A DNA stretch of 64,000 bases from an uncultured Planctomycetaceae bacterium. Its GTDB lineage: Bacteria > Planctomycetota > Planctomycetia > Isosphaerales > Isosphaeraceae. Location of the stretch: positions 864,001 through 928,000 of the forward strand of contig CAWIAD010000002.1 in the NCBI GenBank assembly GCA_963833985.1, given 5' to 3'. The number at the start of each line of letters is the position of its first letter. Within the stretch, counting starts at the first letter, position 1. The position numbers were made by a program, and so were the translations under genes. Shown piece after piece: positions 51,900 to 61,863 of this stretch. The notes under the pieces are model-generated. The model ran no database searches and had not been told where the DNA came from. It worked only from the letters and a program-made list of their open reading frames with translations.

Positions 51900-52865
51900 G
51901 TGCGAGTGCTTGTGACGGGTGTCTCGGGCTTTGTGGGTGGGCATCTCTGCGAGCACCTCGTGACCGCGGGGGATCTTGTCGTCGGCATCTCCGCCAAGGG
52001 CCGCTGGCCGGAGGCGCTGGCCCACCTGAGCCGATCGGTGCGGATCGAGGCGTGCGACCTGGCCGACATCGAGGAAGCACAGCTTGCCGACTTGCTGCGC
52101 CGCAAGCAGCCGCAAGTGATCTACCATCTGGCCGCACAGCCCAACCCCCATGCCAGCCTGACTGATCCACGTGGCACCTGGGCGATCAATCTTGGCGGCA
52201 CCCTGAACCTGCTCGAGGCCGTGAAGCGCGCCGCACTCGAACCGGCACCGCGTGTGATCGTGGTCAGCTCCGGGGTCTGCTACGGCAATCCCGCACCGGA
52301 GCACCTGCCGGTCAGCGAGAACTGCCCGCTCAGGCCGAACAACCCTTATGCGGCGAGCAAGGCCGCGGCGGACCTTCTGGGCATTCAGCACCATCTGACC
52401 CACGGCACGGACACGGTCATGGTCCGCCCATTCAATCACGCCGGCCCGCGCCAGTCGCCCACTTACGTGCTGGCGGCACTGGCCCACCAGGTGGCGGAAG
52501 TTGAGGCGGGACGCAAGACTCAGGTCGAGGTTGGGAACCTTGAGGTCATTCGCGATTTCACCGACGTGCGCGACGTGGTCCGTGGCTATCGCTTGTTAGC
52601 GCAGCACGGAAAGCCAGGCGAGATCTATAACCTTGGCTCGGGCCGTGGAACCAAGCTTGCTGATGCGCTCAACCTTCTCATCGCGTCCTCCCGGACCAAC
52701 GTCGAGGTGCATGTCGATCCGGCACGAGTCCGACCGGTCGACCAGCCCCTGCTTGTGGCTGATGCCGCCAGACTTCGCACGGCCACGGGCTGGGAGCCGG
52801 CCTATAGCATGGAGCAAACCCTCGTTGACATGCTCGACCATTGCCGCCGGCAACTCGCCAGCTAG
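51900..52865 (+). CDS. GDP-mannose dehydratase/GDP-6-deoxy-D-mannose reductase (Rmd)-like SDR
   Basis: GTG start VRVLVTGVSGFVG, YAASK, RPFNHAGPRQ, GNLEVIRDFTDVRDVV. Confidence 0.85.
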   Translation: MRVLVTGVSGFVGGHLCEHLVTAGDLVVGISAKGRWPEALAHLSRSVRIEACDLADIEEAQLADLLRRKQPQVIYHLAAQPNPHASLTDPRGTWAINLGGTLNLLEAVKRAALEPAPRVIVVSSGVCYGNPAPEHLPVSENCPLRPNNPYAASKAAADLLGIQHHLTHGTDTVMVRPFNHAGPRQSPTYVLAALAHQVAEVEAGRKTQVEVGNLEVIRDFTDVRDVVRGYRLLAQHGKPGEIYNLGSGRGTKLADALNLLIASSRTNVEVHVDPARVRPVDQPLLVADAARLRTATGWEPAYSMEQTLVDMLDHCRRQLAS

Positions 52866-52880
52866 TCGAGGAGCACCGCC

Positions 52881-53321
52881 ATGCTGCCGGATCTCACCCA
52901 GACGCTGCTCGCAGCGAAGTCTCAGAAGGGTTTGACCTTCCACCAGCTTGCCCAGGCGGTGGGCTGTAATCCGGTATGGCTCGCGGCAGTCTGCTATCGC
53001 CAGGCGAGCCCCAGCCAGGACCAGGCTATGAAGCTGCTCGACGCCCTGGGGCTGAACCACACACTGGCCTCCGAGCTGACGAGCTTCCCCGTCAAGGGAG
53101 GACTCGGACCAGCCGTTCCCACCGATCCGCTCATCTATCGCTTCTACGAGATCATGCAAGTCTACGGCCTGCCGCTCAAGGACGTGATCCAGGAGATGTT
53201 CGGCGACGGCATCATGAGCGCGATCGACTTCACCGTAAACGTCGAGCAGGAAGACGACCCCGGGGGCGATCGGGTCAAGATCACCATGTCGGGCAAGTTC
53301 CTGCCGTACAAGCGGTGGTGA
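52881..53321 (+). CDS. cynS: Cyanate hydratase (cyanase)
   Basis: [36 protein letters not shown]. Confidence 0.97.
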   Translation: MLPDLTQTLLAAKSQKGLTFHQLAQAVGCNPVWLAAVCYRQASPSQDQAMKLLDALGLNHTLASELTSFPVKGGLGPAVPTDPLIYRFYEIMQVYGLPLKDVIQEMFGDGIMSAIDFTVNVEQEDDPGGDRVKITMSGKFLPYKRW

Positions 53322-53493
53322 AGCGGCGCGCTGACCCTGCCTGCGGCATCGCTATCCAGCGTGCGCCACCGCGTGCTTGTTCCAGAGGAATGCGGCTCTT
53401 ATGATTGGCGGGCAATCCGTAGCGGCCGGCCTCGATCTTTCAGGTCCCAGCGGAACCCATCAGCGCACGCTTGCTGGAAGGGAAGCGACTGTC

Positions 53494-55023
53494 ATGGCGG
53501 CAACTACCAAATACCTCGCGCTGGATCTGGGTGCGGAAAGCGGGCGGGGGCTGCTGGGCCGGTTCGATGGCGAGCGGCTCGCACTCGAGGAGATCCACCG
53601 TTTCCCCAATGGTCCGGTCAAGCTGCTCGACACGATCCACTGGGACCTTCCCCGGCTGTTTGAGGAGATGAAGACGGCCTTGCGGAAAACAGCCACCCTG
53701 GCGGGTGACGGCACCCTCGACGGTGTCGGAGTAGACACCTGGGGTGTCGATTTCGGCCTGGTCGGGCGCGGGGACGTCCTGCTGGGAAACCCGGTGCATT
53801 ATCGGGATGCGCGGACGGAACGCATGATGGAGGCAGCCTTTCGTAAGGTTCCTCGCGAGCAGATCTATCAGGTCACGGGCTTGCAGTTTCTGCCGTTCAA
53901 TACGATCTACCAGTTGCTGGCTCTCAAGGAGACGCGGTCACCACTGCTGGATGTGGCTGAGACCCTGCTCATGATGCCCGATCTCTTCGGCTGGCTGTTG
54001 ACGGGTCAGCGCGCGGGCGAACGTACGGATGCCTCGACGACCCAGCTTCTCGACCCGCGTACGGGAGCATGGTCCGATTCGCTCTGCCGGTCTCTTGACC
54101 TGCCCCGAGCGATCTTGCCGGACCTGATCGAGCCAGGCAGCGAGCTGGGAGCGCTGCGTCTGTCCGTTCAGGAGGAGGTGGGGATGGCCAGACCCGTGAC
54201 TGTGATCGCGCCGGCGACGCACGATACGGCAAGTGCCGTGGCGGCGGTACCGGCGCACGGCCCTGCGTCATCCTCCGCGTCATCCTCCGCGCCGGTGGAC
54301 TGGTGCTACCTGAGTTCGGGCACCTGGTCGCTGCTCGGCGTGGAAGTTCCGCAACCGGTGATCAATGCCGAAACAATGCGGTATAATTTCACCAACGAGG
54401 GGGGCGTGGCGGGGACGACTCGATTGCTCAAGAACATCATGGGACTCTGGCTCGTCCAGGAGAGCCGTCGGACCTGGGCACGCACCGGGCGGGAAATGAC
54501 TTACGAGGAGCTGACCGCTCGAGCCCAGGCTGCCCCTCCTTTTACCGCACTGGTCGACCCGGACGACTCATCCTTCCTGGCACCCGGCGACATGCCTGCG
54601 CGGCTGGCTGCATTCTGCACGCGGACCGGTCAGCAGCCTCCACCCGACGAGGGAGCCCTGGTCCGCTGCTGCCTGGAGAGCCTGGCGCTGAAGTACCGGT
54701 GGACGATCGAGCGGCTGGAATCCATACTGGGAACCACCATCAAGACGATTCACGTGGTGGGTGGCGGGAGCCGGAACTCGCTGCTCTGCCAGTTCACCGC
54801 GGATGCCTGCGGCCGGCCTGTGCACGCGGGCCCCGTCGAGGCAACGGCGATCGGCAATATCCTGATGCAAGCGATCGCGCGGGGCAGGCTCGCCTCGATC
54901 GCGGATCTCCGTGCGGTGGTGGCGCACTCGTTCCCGGTCATCGTCCATGAGCCGCAAAATCGCACAGCCTGGACAGATGCCGCCCTCCAATTCAACGCGC
55001 TTCTTGAGCGATCCGCATCCTGA
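53494..55023 (+). CDS. rhaB: Rhamnulokinase (FGGY family)
   Basis: LALDLGAESGR, GVDTWGVDF, HYRDART, HDTASAV, SSGTWSL, NEGG, LKNIMGLW. Confidence 0.9.
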   Translation: MAATTKYLALDLGAESGRGLLGRFDGERLALEEIHRFPNGPVKLLDTIHWDLPRLFEEMKTALRKTATLAGDGTLDGVGVDTWGVDFGLVGRGDVLLGNPVHYRDARTERMMEAAFRKVPREQIYQVTGLQFLPFNTIYQLLALKETRSPLLDVAETLLMMPDLFGWLLTGQRAGERTDASTTQLLDPRTGAWSDSLCRSLDLPRAILPDLIEPGSELGALRLSVQEEVGMARPVTVIAPATHDTASAVAAVPAHGPASSSASSSAPVDWCYLSSGTWSLLGVEVPQPVINAETMRYNFTNEGGVAGTTRLLKNIMGLWLVQESRRTWARTGREMTYEELTARAQAAPPFTALVDPDDSSFLAPGDMPARLAAFCTRTGQQPPPDEGALVRCCLESLALKYRWTIERLESILGTTIKTIHVVGGGSRNSLLCQFTADACGRPVHAGPVEATAIGNILMQAIARGRLASIADLRAVVAHSFPVIVHEPQNRTAWTDAALQFNALLERSAS

Positions 55024-55085
55024 GACCCTTGTCCGGTGAGTGACTGGAGCGACCCGCACAACAGATGGGGTCGTCGCAATGCCAC

Positions 55086-55688
55086 TCAGCGCCTGGGCAC
55101 GTCTTCACCGCAAAAACGGCACACGATCGCGCTCATGTGAAGCGGCTTGCCGCACTGGGGGCAGACGCGCAGGCCGGCTTCCTGCTGGAAGACGGGTGCG
55201 GGATGACCGGAATCCAGAGCGACCGGTGAAGCGCTGGTGAGAGCCTGGTACGAGGTGGTTGACGTCCCCTCGGGCTGCGGCGCATTCGGGGCGGAGGCCG
55301 GAAAGCGGCTTGCCCACTGCTGCAAACGTTCCAGGTCGGCGGCGTCCATGTCCTGGGTTCGCCCCATGGAGGCAGGTATGCGATCCTCACCCCTGGCGCG
55401 GCCTCCCGCGGCCACGGCGCTGGCCCAGACAGACTCGGGCACAGGCACGACGCGGCCGCAATCGGGGCATTTCCCCGCTTCGGGGCGTTCCTCGGCGCGG
55501 ACTTTCAGGCGCCTGCCGCAAGGGCAATGAAAACGCACATAACCATCCTCCGTCCCAAAGGTGGCCTGCGGTTGGGACTGGCTACGGCGCACGCGTATCC
55601 TGGCACCGCAACGTGGGCACACCAACCGTTCCGGGTCGTCGGCCGACACGTTGAGCGTTTCACCACAACGGCAGGTTACCCGTGCCAT
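55086..55688 (-). CDS. Multi-zinc-ribbon protein
   Basis: CRCG/CPRCG, CPCG/CPDCG, CPQCG/CRFCG pairs separated by low-complexity linkers. Confidence 0.8.
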   Translation of the reverse strand: MARVTCRCGETLNVSADDPERLVCPRCGARIRVRRSQSQPQATFGTEDGYVRFHCPCGRRLKVRAEERPEAGKCPDCGRVVPVPESVWASAVAAGGRARGEDRIPASMGRTQDMDAADLERLQQWASRFPASAPNAPQPEGTSTTSYQALTSASPVALDSGHPAPVFQQEAGLRVCPQCGKPLHMSAIVCRFCGEDVPRR

Positions 55689-55752
55689 CTTGGCCCCTTC
55701 TTGATGGGATCGGCTGCCGGCAGGAGCGCACGGCTGCTTTGAGGGTCCGGGC

Positions 55753-56661
55753 TCAAACCCGGATGGCTGCTGGCTTGAACAGGCTCTCGAGCGGGATCAG
55801 CCCGTTCAGGCTGCCGGATCGGAAGCCCTCGAGATCGAGGGTGATGAACTTGAAGCCCAGGGCATGAAAGGCGGGCACCAGGGCGCTGCGGACCTCCGGT
55901 TGCACCAGCCGGGGCAGGTCATCGAGCGAGACCTCGACGCGGGCCAGGTCCCCCTTGTGGTAACGCACGCGCAGGTATCTTAACCCCTGCTGGCGCAGCC
56001 ACTGCTCCGCCTGGTCGATCATGCGAACGCGCTCGGGAGTGACTTCCTCGCCGTAGGCAATGCGGCTGGAGAGGCAGGGAGTTGCCGGCTTGTCCCACGT
56101 GGGCAGGCCCCAGGCTTTTGCCAGGGCGCGCACGTCCTGCTTGCCAAGGCCGCATTCCTGGAGGGGATGACGGACGCCATTCTCGCTGGCGGCACGCAGA
56201 CCCGGGCGGTGTTCCCCCATGTCGTCCTGGTTGGCCCCCGAGGCAATCACATCGACTTCCAGCTCGCCGAGCAGCCCGGAAAGCCGGGAGTACAGCTCGC
56301 TCTTGCAGAAATAGCAGCGATCCGGCGCATTGCGCAGGTAATTAGGATCCGCGAATTCCTCGGTGCGGATCACCCGGTGGCGGATGCCGATCCGCCGCGC
56401 CAGGTCCTGTGCTTCTTCCAGTTCGCCCGACGCCAGGCTGTCAGACACCGCCGTCACGGCAATCGCGGCATCGCCGTGGGCCAGGTACGCGGCCTGCGCC
56501 ACGACGGTGCTGTCGATCCCTCCTGAATAGGCCACCGCGACCCGGCCGTATCCCTGCAAAGTCCCGATCAAGCGATCACGTTGAGCCACCAGCGACGGCT
56601 CCGTGCCGGTCCATGAGCTTGAGCTCAAGTCACACCTCCCTCGGTTGATCGGGCGGGGCAA
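55753..56661 (-). CDS. larE: LarE-family ATP-dependent sulfur transferase (TIGR00268-like)
   Basis: PP-loop AYSGGIDS, DRCYFCK, RPG, PCLSSR, LDLEGFRSGSLN; start uncertain. Confidence 0.9.
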   Translation of the reverse strand: MPRPINRGRCDLSSSSWTGTEPSLVAQRDRLIGTLQGYGRVAVAYSGGIDSTVVAQAAYLAHGDAAIAVTAVSDSLASGELEEAQDLARRIGIRHRVIRTEEFADPNYLRNAPDRCYFCKSELYSRLSGLLGELEVDVIASGANQDDMGEHRPGLRAASENGVRHPLQECGLGKQDVRALAKAWGLPTWDKPATPCLSSRIAYGEEVTPERVRMIDQAEQWLRQQGLRYLRVRYHKGDLARVEVSLDDLPRLVQPEVRSALVPAFHALGFKFITLDLEGFRSGSLNGLIPLESLFKPAAIRV

Positions 56662-56716
56662 TGGTTGTGGGGTAGGGACGCGTTTAAACAGATTCTAAGG
56701 CACGGCACAGTGTACC

Positions 56717-57895
56717 TCAAGCCGTCTCACGCGTGCCGGACTCTTTCTGAGCCGCCAGATCGCTGAGGCGCTCGACCACCTGGACGATGCGGCCAATGGC
56801 CTCCTCAACTTCGGATTCCGTCGTGCTGGCTCCCAGGCTGAAGCGAACCGAAGACCGCAACCGATTGTCGGGCAAGTGCATGGCCAGGAGCGTGGGCGAC
56901 AGACGGCTCGCGCCACTGGCACACGCCGAGCCCAGAGAGACGGCAATGCCGGCCAGGTCAAGCTGCATCAGCAGGGCGTCGCCGTCGAGCCCGACGAATC
57001 CCAGGTTGACCGTCTGGGGAAGCCGCGAGGCGGCGTCCGCCGGACCGTTGCGGATGACGCGCTCCGTGCCCAGAGCGGTGATCAGCCCGGTTTCCAGGCG
57101 GTCGCGGAGTGCACGCCAGCGAGACATCCGGGCCTCCGCAGCGAGATGCCAGCGCTCCAGGGCCGCGGCCAGCCCAACCGCCAGCGGGACTGCAAGCGTC
57201 CCGGGCCGCCGTCCTTGCTGCTGACCGCCGCCGACTAGCCACGACTGGAGCCGGAACCCCTTGCGGATCAGCAGCAATCCCACTCCTGGAGGACCGTGAA
57301 ACTTGTGGGCGCTGGCGGCCAGGGTGGCAACGCCCAGCGCGTGGAAGTGCACGGGAATTCGCCCGACCGCCTGGACCGCGTCGGTGTGGATCGGAATTCC
57401 CTGGACCCGGGCCAGCCCGGCAAGCTGCTGCACCGGCTGAATGGCACCTGTCTCGTTGTTGGCCAGGATCAGTGTGGCCAGCCGCGTGTGCTCGCTGAAC
57501 AGCGCGGCCATGGCCTCCACATCGGCGATCCCCTCGGTACTCACCGGCGGCCGATCCACCCGGAACTTCTCGGACTCCAGCCGGGCTACCGCCTCGGCCA
57601 CCGCGGGGTGCTCGATCGGACTGCAAACCACATGACCCGGACCTTCATCAAACCGCGCCATACCGAATATGGCCAGATTGTTGGCCTCGGTCCCGCCGGA
57701 TGTGAATACCACCTCGCCGGGCTCCGCTCCCAGGATCTGTGCCACCGCTTCCTTGGCCCGCTCCCAGACGCGCCGCGCCTGCCTTCCGGCCGAGTGCCGG
57801 CTCTCGGCGTTCCCACCCGCAAGAAAGTGCGGGCGCATCGCCTCGAGTACCTCGGGATCGAGCGGCGTCGTGGCGTTGTGATCGAGGTAAATCAA
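56717..57895 (-). CDS. Cysteine desulfurase (IscS/NifS-like)
   Basis: IYLDHNATTP, FTSGGTEANN, HTDAVQ, SAHKFHGP (PLP Lys), GSACASG (catalytic Cys). Confidence 0.93.
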   Translation of the reverse strand: MIYLDHNATTPLDPEVLEAMRPHFLAGGNAESRHSAGRQARRVWERAKEAVAQILGAEPGEVVFTSGGTEANNLAIFGMARFDEGPGHVVCSPIEHPAVAEAVARLESEKFRVDRPPVSTEGIADVEAMAALFSEHTRLATLILANNETGAIQPVQQLAGLARVQGIPIHTDAVQAVGRIPVHFHALGVATLAASAHKFHGPPGVGLLLIRKGFRLQSWLVGGGQQQGRRPGTLAVPLAVGLAAALERWHLAAEARMSRWRALRDRLETGLITALGTERVIRNGPADAASRLPQTVNLGFVGLDGDALLMQLDLAGIAVSLGSACASGASRLSPTLLAMHLPDNRLRSSVRFSLGASTTESEVEEAIGRIVQVVERLSDLAAQKESGTRETA

Positions 57896-57919
57896 GCGCG
57901 AGTCGCCCGCAGGTTTGCA

Positions 57920-58261
57920 TCAGCCCAGAGATCGTAGCGTGAGTAACAACCCGACAAGGAATAGAGGTATTCCAAGAAGGAACAGCGGCCCGGCCCAGAG
58001 AGCCATCCCGATCACCATGAGCGTGAAGCCGAGCGTGATGCCCGCCAGGCGGCCGAGCAGCCCCATGATCGCCATAAAAAGCTGAAAAGGCAAGCGCACC
58101 AGGAACCAGACTGCCCTGGCGGCTCCTTTCAGTAACCACCCGGGCGTGCGCAGGATCGCATGCGCAGCAGCCTTCAGAGGCGCGAACGGATCACGATGGT
58201 AGCCATAGACTTCAGACAGGCGACCGACCGATCTCTGGGACGATGGCAGGGCTCGTATCAT
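57920..58261 (-). CDS. Small membrane protein
   Basis: Amphipathic plus two-TM C-terminus with LGIPLFLVGLLL; start at MIRALP is uncertain. Confidence 0.65.
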   Translation of the reverse strand: MIRALPSSQRSVGRLSEVYGYHRDPFAPLKAAAHAILRTPGWLLKGAARAVWFLVRLPFQLFMAIMGLLGRLAGITLGFTLMVIGMALWAGPLFLLGIPLFLVGLLLTLRSLG

Positions 58262-58659
58262 TGCCGACTGGCCTTGTTTCCCGCGACGATCTTGGTTAGA
58301 TAACGCTGCACGGATCAAGTTTCGGACAGGAGACCGGAGTCGACTCTGTTCGGTGACAATGCGGCTTGATGTACGCATTGACACGTCGGACTCAATGCAA
58401 GCACGCTCGGCTTCTTGGCTGGAGCGGGAATGCGGGTCCCTTATAGCCTTCGTCGCCCGGCCCCCGGTCGTTAACTTCTTCTCGAGACTTCGACGGAACG
58501 AAAGCGGGTAGGCGCCGTCCAGGCCGGTCTTCCGGTTCAAGGATTCGCTGCGGGTCTACTCGATTATTTCGGCGGAACACGTTTTGGCAAGCTAGCTCCC
58601 GGCCCACGCCAAGGTCAACCTTTCCGGCATTACCGGGTCAAGGCAAGGAGGCCACGACC

Positions 58660-59628
58660 GTGCGACAGGTTATTTTCGTCGTGGTGATGCTGGCAGCGGC
58701 CTTTGCAGGAGGAGCGCTGGTCAACGGCGCGGCCGTCCGCTGGGTCCAGGCCCGATTGCTCGACTATATGGGCCTCAAGGACGGCGGCGAGATTGCCTCC
58801 GTCGATCTGTCACAAAACCCAGGTGACCCGGTCGACCCCCATCGTCCAGGTAGCCCCCCGGCGGCCAGCTCGCCAGGCACGCAGCGTGGCGAACCGGTTG
58901 CCGGCGGCCAGCCTGACACAAAAGACCGGGCGGACCTACCAGCAGGCGGGCCGGCTCGACCTTTCTCGCCGAGCCCTGCGTCCAGAAGCAATCTGACCTC
59001 GGATCAGAAGCCCGGCGGCGCAGTGGCTGGCACGCCCCGCGGTCAACAACTCTCACCGGCGCCGCTAGACAAGGATTCATTCCCCGGGCAAGCCGCGGCG
59101 AATCTTCGACCCGGTCAGCCCAACGGGAATCCGGCATCGATGCCAACCCCCGCTCCGCTGGACCCGAGCGTTGGTACGGCGTTGCTGGCTTCTCGATCGC
59201 CTTCCCTGTCTCTGTCCGGACCCATGGACCAGGTTGCAACAGCGGCCATTCCCCTGGAAACCGCTCCTACAGGCACAAGCGGGATGCGCCCCCTTCCGGC
59301 ATTAGCCGGAATGCCCGAGCCTTCGGTCATGACGCCCTCCGCCACGCGGGCCCCAGCGCCCCTCAGCCCCCGCGACTCCCGGCCGACGCAGGATTGGGCG
59401 GCCCTGCGCCGCAAGCTGCAAACACTGGGTGTGACAAGATACAGCATCGAGGGCGAGCCTGGCGGTCGGGTGGTCTTCTGGTGCCTCATTCCGCTTGCTG
59501 GCCGCCAGGCGGTATCACAGCGCTTCGAGGGAGAGGGAGAGGACGAGTTCTACGCCGCTCAGGCTGCGCTACGGCGCATGGCGCTCTGGCGTGCAACCAG
59601 GCCCTCTGACCATGCAGCCGTGCGGTGA
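58660..59628 (+). CDS. Hypothetical protein: N-terminal anchor, Pro-rich linker, small C-terminal domain
   Basis: AAGGAGG SD, GTG start, hydrophobic N-terminus, globular-looking C-terminus WAALRRKLQTLGV...FWCLIP. Confidence 0.75.
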   Translation: MRQVIFVVVMLAAAFAGGALVNGAAVRWVQARLLDYMGLKDGGEIASVDLSQNPGDPVDPHRPGSPPAASSPGTQRGEPVAGGQPDTKDRADLPAGGPARPFSPSPASRSNLTSDQKPGGAVAGTPRGQQLSPAPLDKDSFPGQAAANLRPGQPNGNPASMPTPAPLDPSVGTALLASRSPSLSLSGPMDQVATAAIPLETAPTGTSGMRPLPALAGMPEPSVMTPSATRAPAPLSPRDSRPTQDWAALRRKLQTLGVTRYSIEGEPGGRVVFWCLIPLAGRQAVSQRFEGEGEDEFYAAQAALRRMALWRATRPSDHAAVR

Positions 59629-59694
59629 ACCGCGAGCGAGCAGATCCGTCCACGCCGTGGCCCTGTCAGCCTGATGTCGGAATCCGTCAGAATG

Positions 59695-59723
59695 TTACCC
59701 CCGAATCGACACGCCCGTATAAT
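59695..59723 (+). promoter_or_regulatory. Putative sigma70 promoter
   Basis: TTACCC-17 bp-TATAAT (perfect -10) upstream of the 59820 ORF. Confidence 0.5.
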
Positions 59724-59819
59724 GAATGACACAGCCGGTATTTACAGAATGGGCGGCAAAGTCCGCCTGCCAGGTCGGCGCTTGCTGCCTCCCATCACGC
59801 TGAGAGGAAGGGGCCAAAT

Positions 59820-60353
59820 ATGGCCAGGGCGTCACGATTGAGGCTTCTCTTGATCGTCACGGGAAGTACACTTCGCGCCGAGGAAATGGACCGGCCGCTG
59901 GGGTATTATCTCAAGCAGAAGATTGAACGAGCCCTGGCTACCCGAGCCAAGGACCCTGGCACCAAACCCGGACACGACCTGTCTGACTACCAGGTCCGGG
60001 TGATCGCGGACTTTCGGTGGATTCATGATGAGTTCCTGCAAAGCCTGCCGACGATCTCTCTGGGTGGACCAGGCGTTAATGCCCTGTCACATCGCTGGCT
60101 CGAAGAGGTGCCCATATCGCTTGCATTCAACGAACGTTATTTCATTCAAATGGATCCTGACCTGAGCGAGCCGCGCGTGAGTATCTGGGGCATGGATAAC
60201 CCTACCACCCAGATTGCGGCCTCGGTGTTCCTGGATCGGTTTCTGGATCCTTTCCTGGAACGGTGTACACTGGTGCCGGCCGTGTCCTTCGAGCCTGATG
60301 ATGAAGCTGAAGGGGAGAACGACATCGAGAGCGGCAATGCCGACGACGATTGA
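59820..60353 (+). CDS. Hypothetical protein with acidic tail
   Basis: Purine-rich SD region, globular alpha/beta-like sequence with ISLGGPGVN, D/E-rich C-terminus. Confidence 0.75.
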   Translation: MARASRLRLLLIVTGSTLRAEEMDRPLGYYLKQKIERALATRAKDPGTKPGHDLSDYQVRVIADFRWIHDEFLQSLPTISLGGPGVNALSHRWLEEVPISLAFNERYFIQMDPDLSEPRVSIWGMDNPTTQIAASVFLDRFLDPFLERCTLVPAVSFEPDDEAEGENDIESGNADDD

Positions 60354-60558
60354 GTGATGTTCACAGCCTGAGCACAATGCTTGGGTCTGGCGATCGGCCA
60401 CGGATTTGCTTGTCAGTCCCTCGGTCCAGGTTCGCAGATGCAGGATTGGCGAAAAGCAGGCGGGCGCGACGAAATCTCAGTCGTGTCGTATGCTTACAAA
60501 AGGAGCATAGCGAGAGTCGGAACAGCACAGGGACACGTTCGGCCCTGGTTCGACCACG

Positions 60559-61836
60559 ATGCGACCGCACTCCGTGCACAGCGCCATAGGCTGCGGAGTC
60601 CGGCTGCTGAAGCTGTCTCACCTCCAGGCCATGATGGCCATTCGGCGGCTTTTGGACCACGGAAGGAGCAGGTGGATCATGAGAACGCGCAATCCCGGGC
60701 TGATCAAGCAATCACCAGCCGAGCACACCAGGATTCCTGGTTCCCAGCCTGCCGATGGCGACAGGCGCGCCTTGAAGGTCGGGCTGCTCCCGGGGCTTCT
60801 TCTGAGCATGTCGCTCTTCGCGCCCGCTCAATTCCTATCAGATTGCCGGGCTGCGGAAGGACCGCCGAATTCCCGGGCCAGCTCCGCACGGTCCCGGTTC
60901 GTTCTGGTGCGGCGATCGGTCGCCCAGGACCAGGGTGCCTGGATTGTGGATTACCAGTTGCGGCAAACGGGCGCGCAGGGCATGATTCTCGCCCGTTCCG
61001 AAATTGGAGCAGTCATCGAAGGCTGGGTTTCCAACACGCGCGTGGCCAGCCACACGGTACCCCGGTTCTCCAGGGTGACAGTGAGCGGCAGTTCAACGGC
61101 TTCCGGAACCGGTGAGGTGATCACCTCGAGTGATGAGTCGGTCCGTTGCCGCGAACGCGTCGTCGTTTCTCTGTGGTCCAATGATGGTCCGCTTCCGGAG
61201 AGCGATCTATCGACCCTGGTGAGCCTGGCTCCCGGGGCCCTGGTTCATTTGCGCCTCCGGCTCGAGCATCAGCACGTGCTCTACGGAGACTACGATCCCC
61301 TTCTGGGCGTGCGTGCGGTGAGATTGACCCTGGGCGCCTCATCCCTGCGTGACCAGGTGGCACTCGATTGCGAGCACTACCTGGCGCAGCCCCGGTACTC
61401 ATGGCCCGAACCCCCCGACGATCGCCGCGACACACGCTATTTCGTCTCGCCTCCTGACAGCCTCCACCTGGAAGCCCACGTTCCCGGGCACCAGTACTAC
61501 CGCTACCCGGAACGCCCGGTCCGTTACGGCACGAAGATGCGGCTCCGCTTCTGGTATCTGATTGCCGCGGGAACCGAGGGAGAATGCCGGGCCAGGCTCG
61601 CTCAGTACAAGGACACGCCCACCTCATGGCGGGTGTTGTCGGAGAGCGGCTTCGAGCAGGTTCTGGAGACCGTGGGCCGCTGGACCAAGGTGGAGCGAAT
61701 CGTCCATGCCGACCCGGAGGCCACGACCATGGCCCTGGATTTCCGGATCGTCCAGGAAACCAATGTCGGAGAGATGTGGATTGACGATGTGAGCCTTGAA
61801 CCAGTGCTTGGCTCGACGACGCAGGAGAACCCTTGA
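60559..61836 (+). CDS. Hypothetical exported protein with C-terminal carbohydrate-binding-like beta-sandwich
   Basis: Hydrophobic segment near the N-terminus; C-terminal GRWTKVE...MWIDDVSLEP pattern; start uncertain (possibly 60679). Confidence 0.65.
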   Translation: MRPHSVHSAIGCGVRLLKLSHLQAMMAIRRLLDHGRSRWIMRTRNPGLIKQSPAEHTRIPGSQPADGDRRALKVGLLPGLLLSMSLFAPAQFLSDCRAAEGPPNSRASSARSRFVLVRRSVAQDQGAWIVDYQLRQTGAQGMILARSEIGAVIEGWVSNTRVASHTVPRFSRVTVSGSSTASGTGEVITSSDESVRCRERVVVSLWSNDGPLPESDLSTLVSLAPGALVHLRLRLEHQHVLYGDYDPLLGVRAVRLTLGASSLRDQVALDCEHYLAQPRYSWPEPPDDRRDTRYFVSPPDSLHLEAHVPGHQYYRYPERPVRYGTKMRLRFWYLIAAGTEGECRARLAQYKDTPTSWRVLSESGFEQVLETVGRWTKVERIVHADPEATTMALDFRIVQETNVGEMWIDDVSLEPVLGSTTQENP

Positions 61837-61863
61837 GCGGCCAGGGCGGTCCCTTGCGGTGGG

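Noticed and set aside
59740..59800. c-di-GMP riboswitch-like GGCAAA segment
   Set aside because: Lacks the GNRA tetraloop/receptor and second-stem consensus; only a simple hairpin
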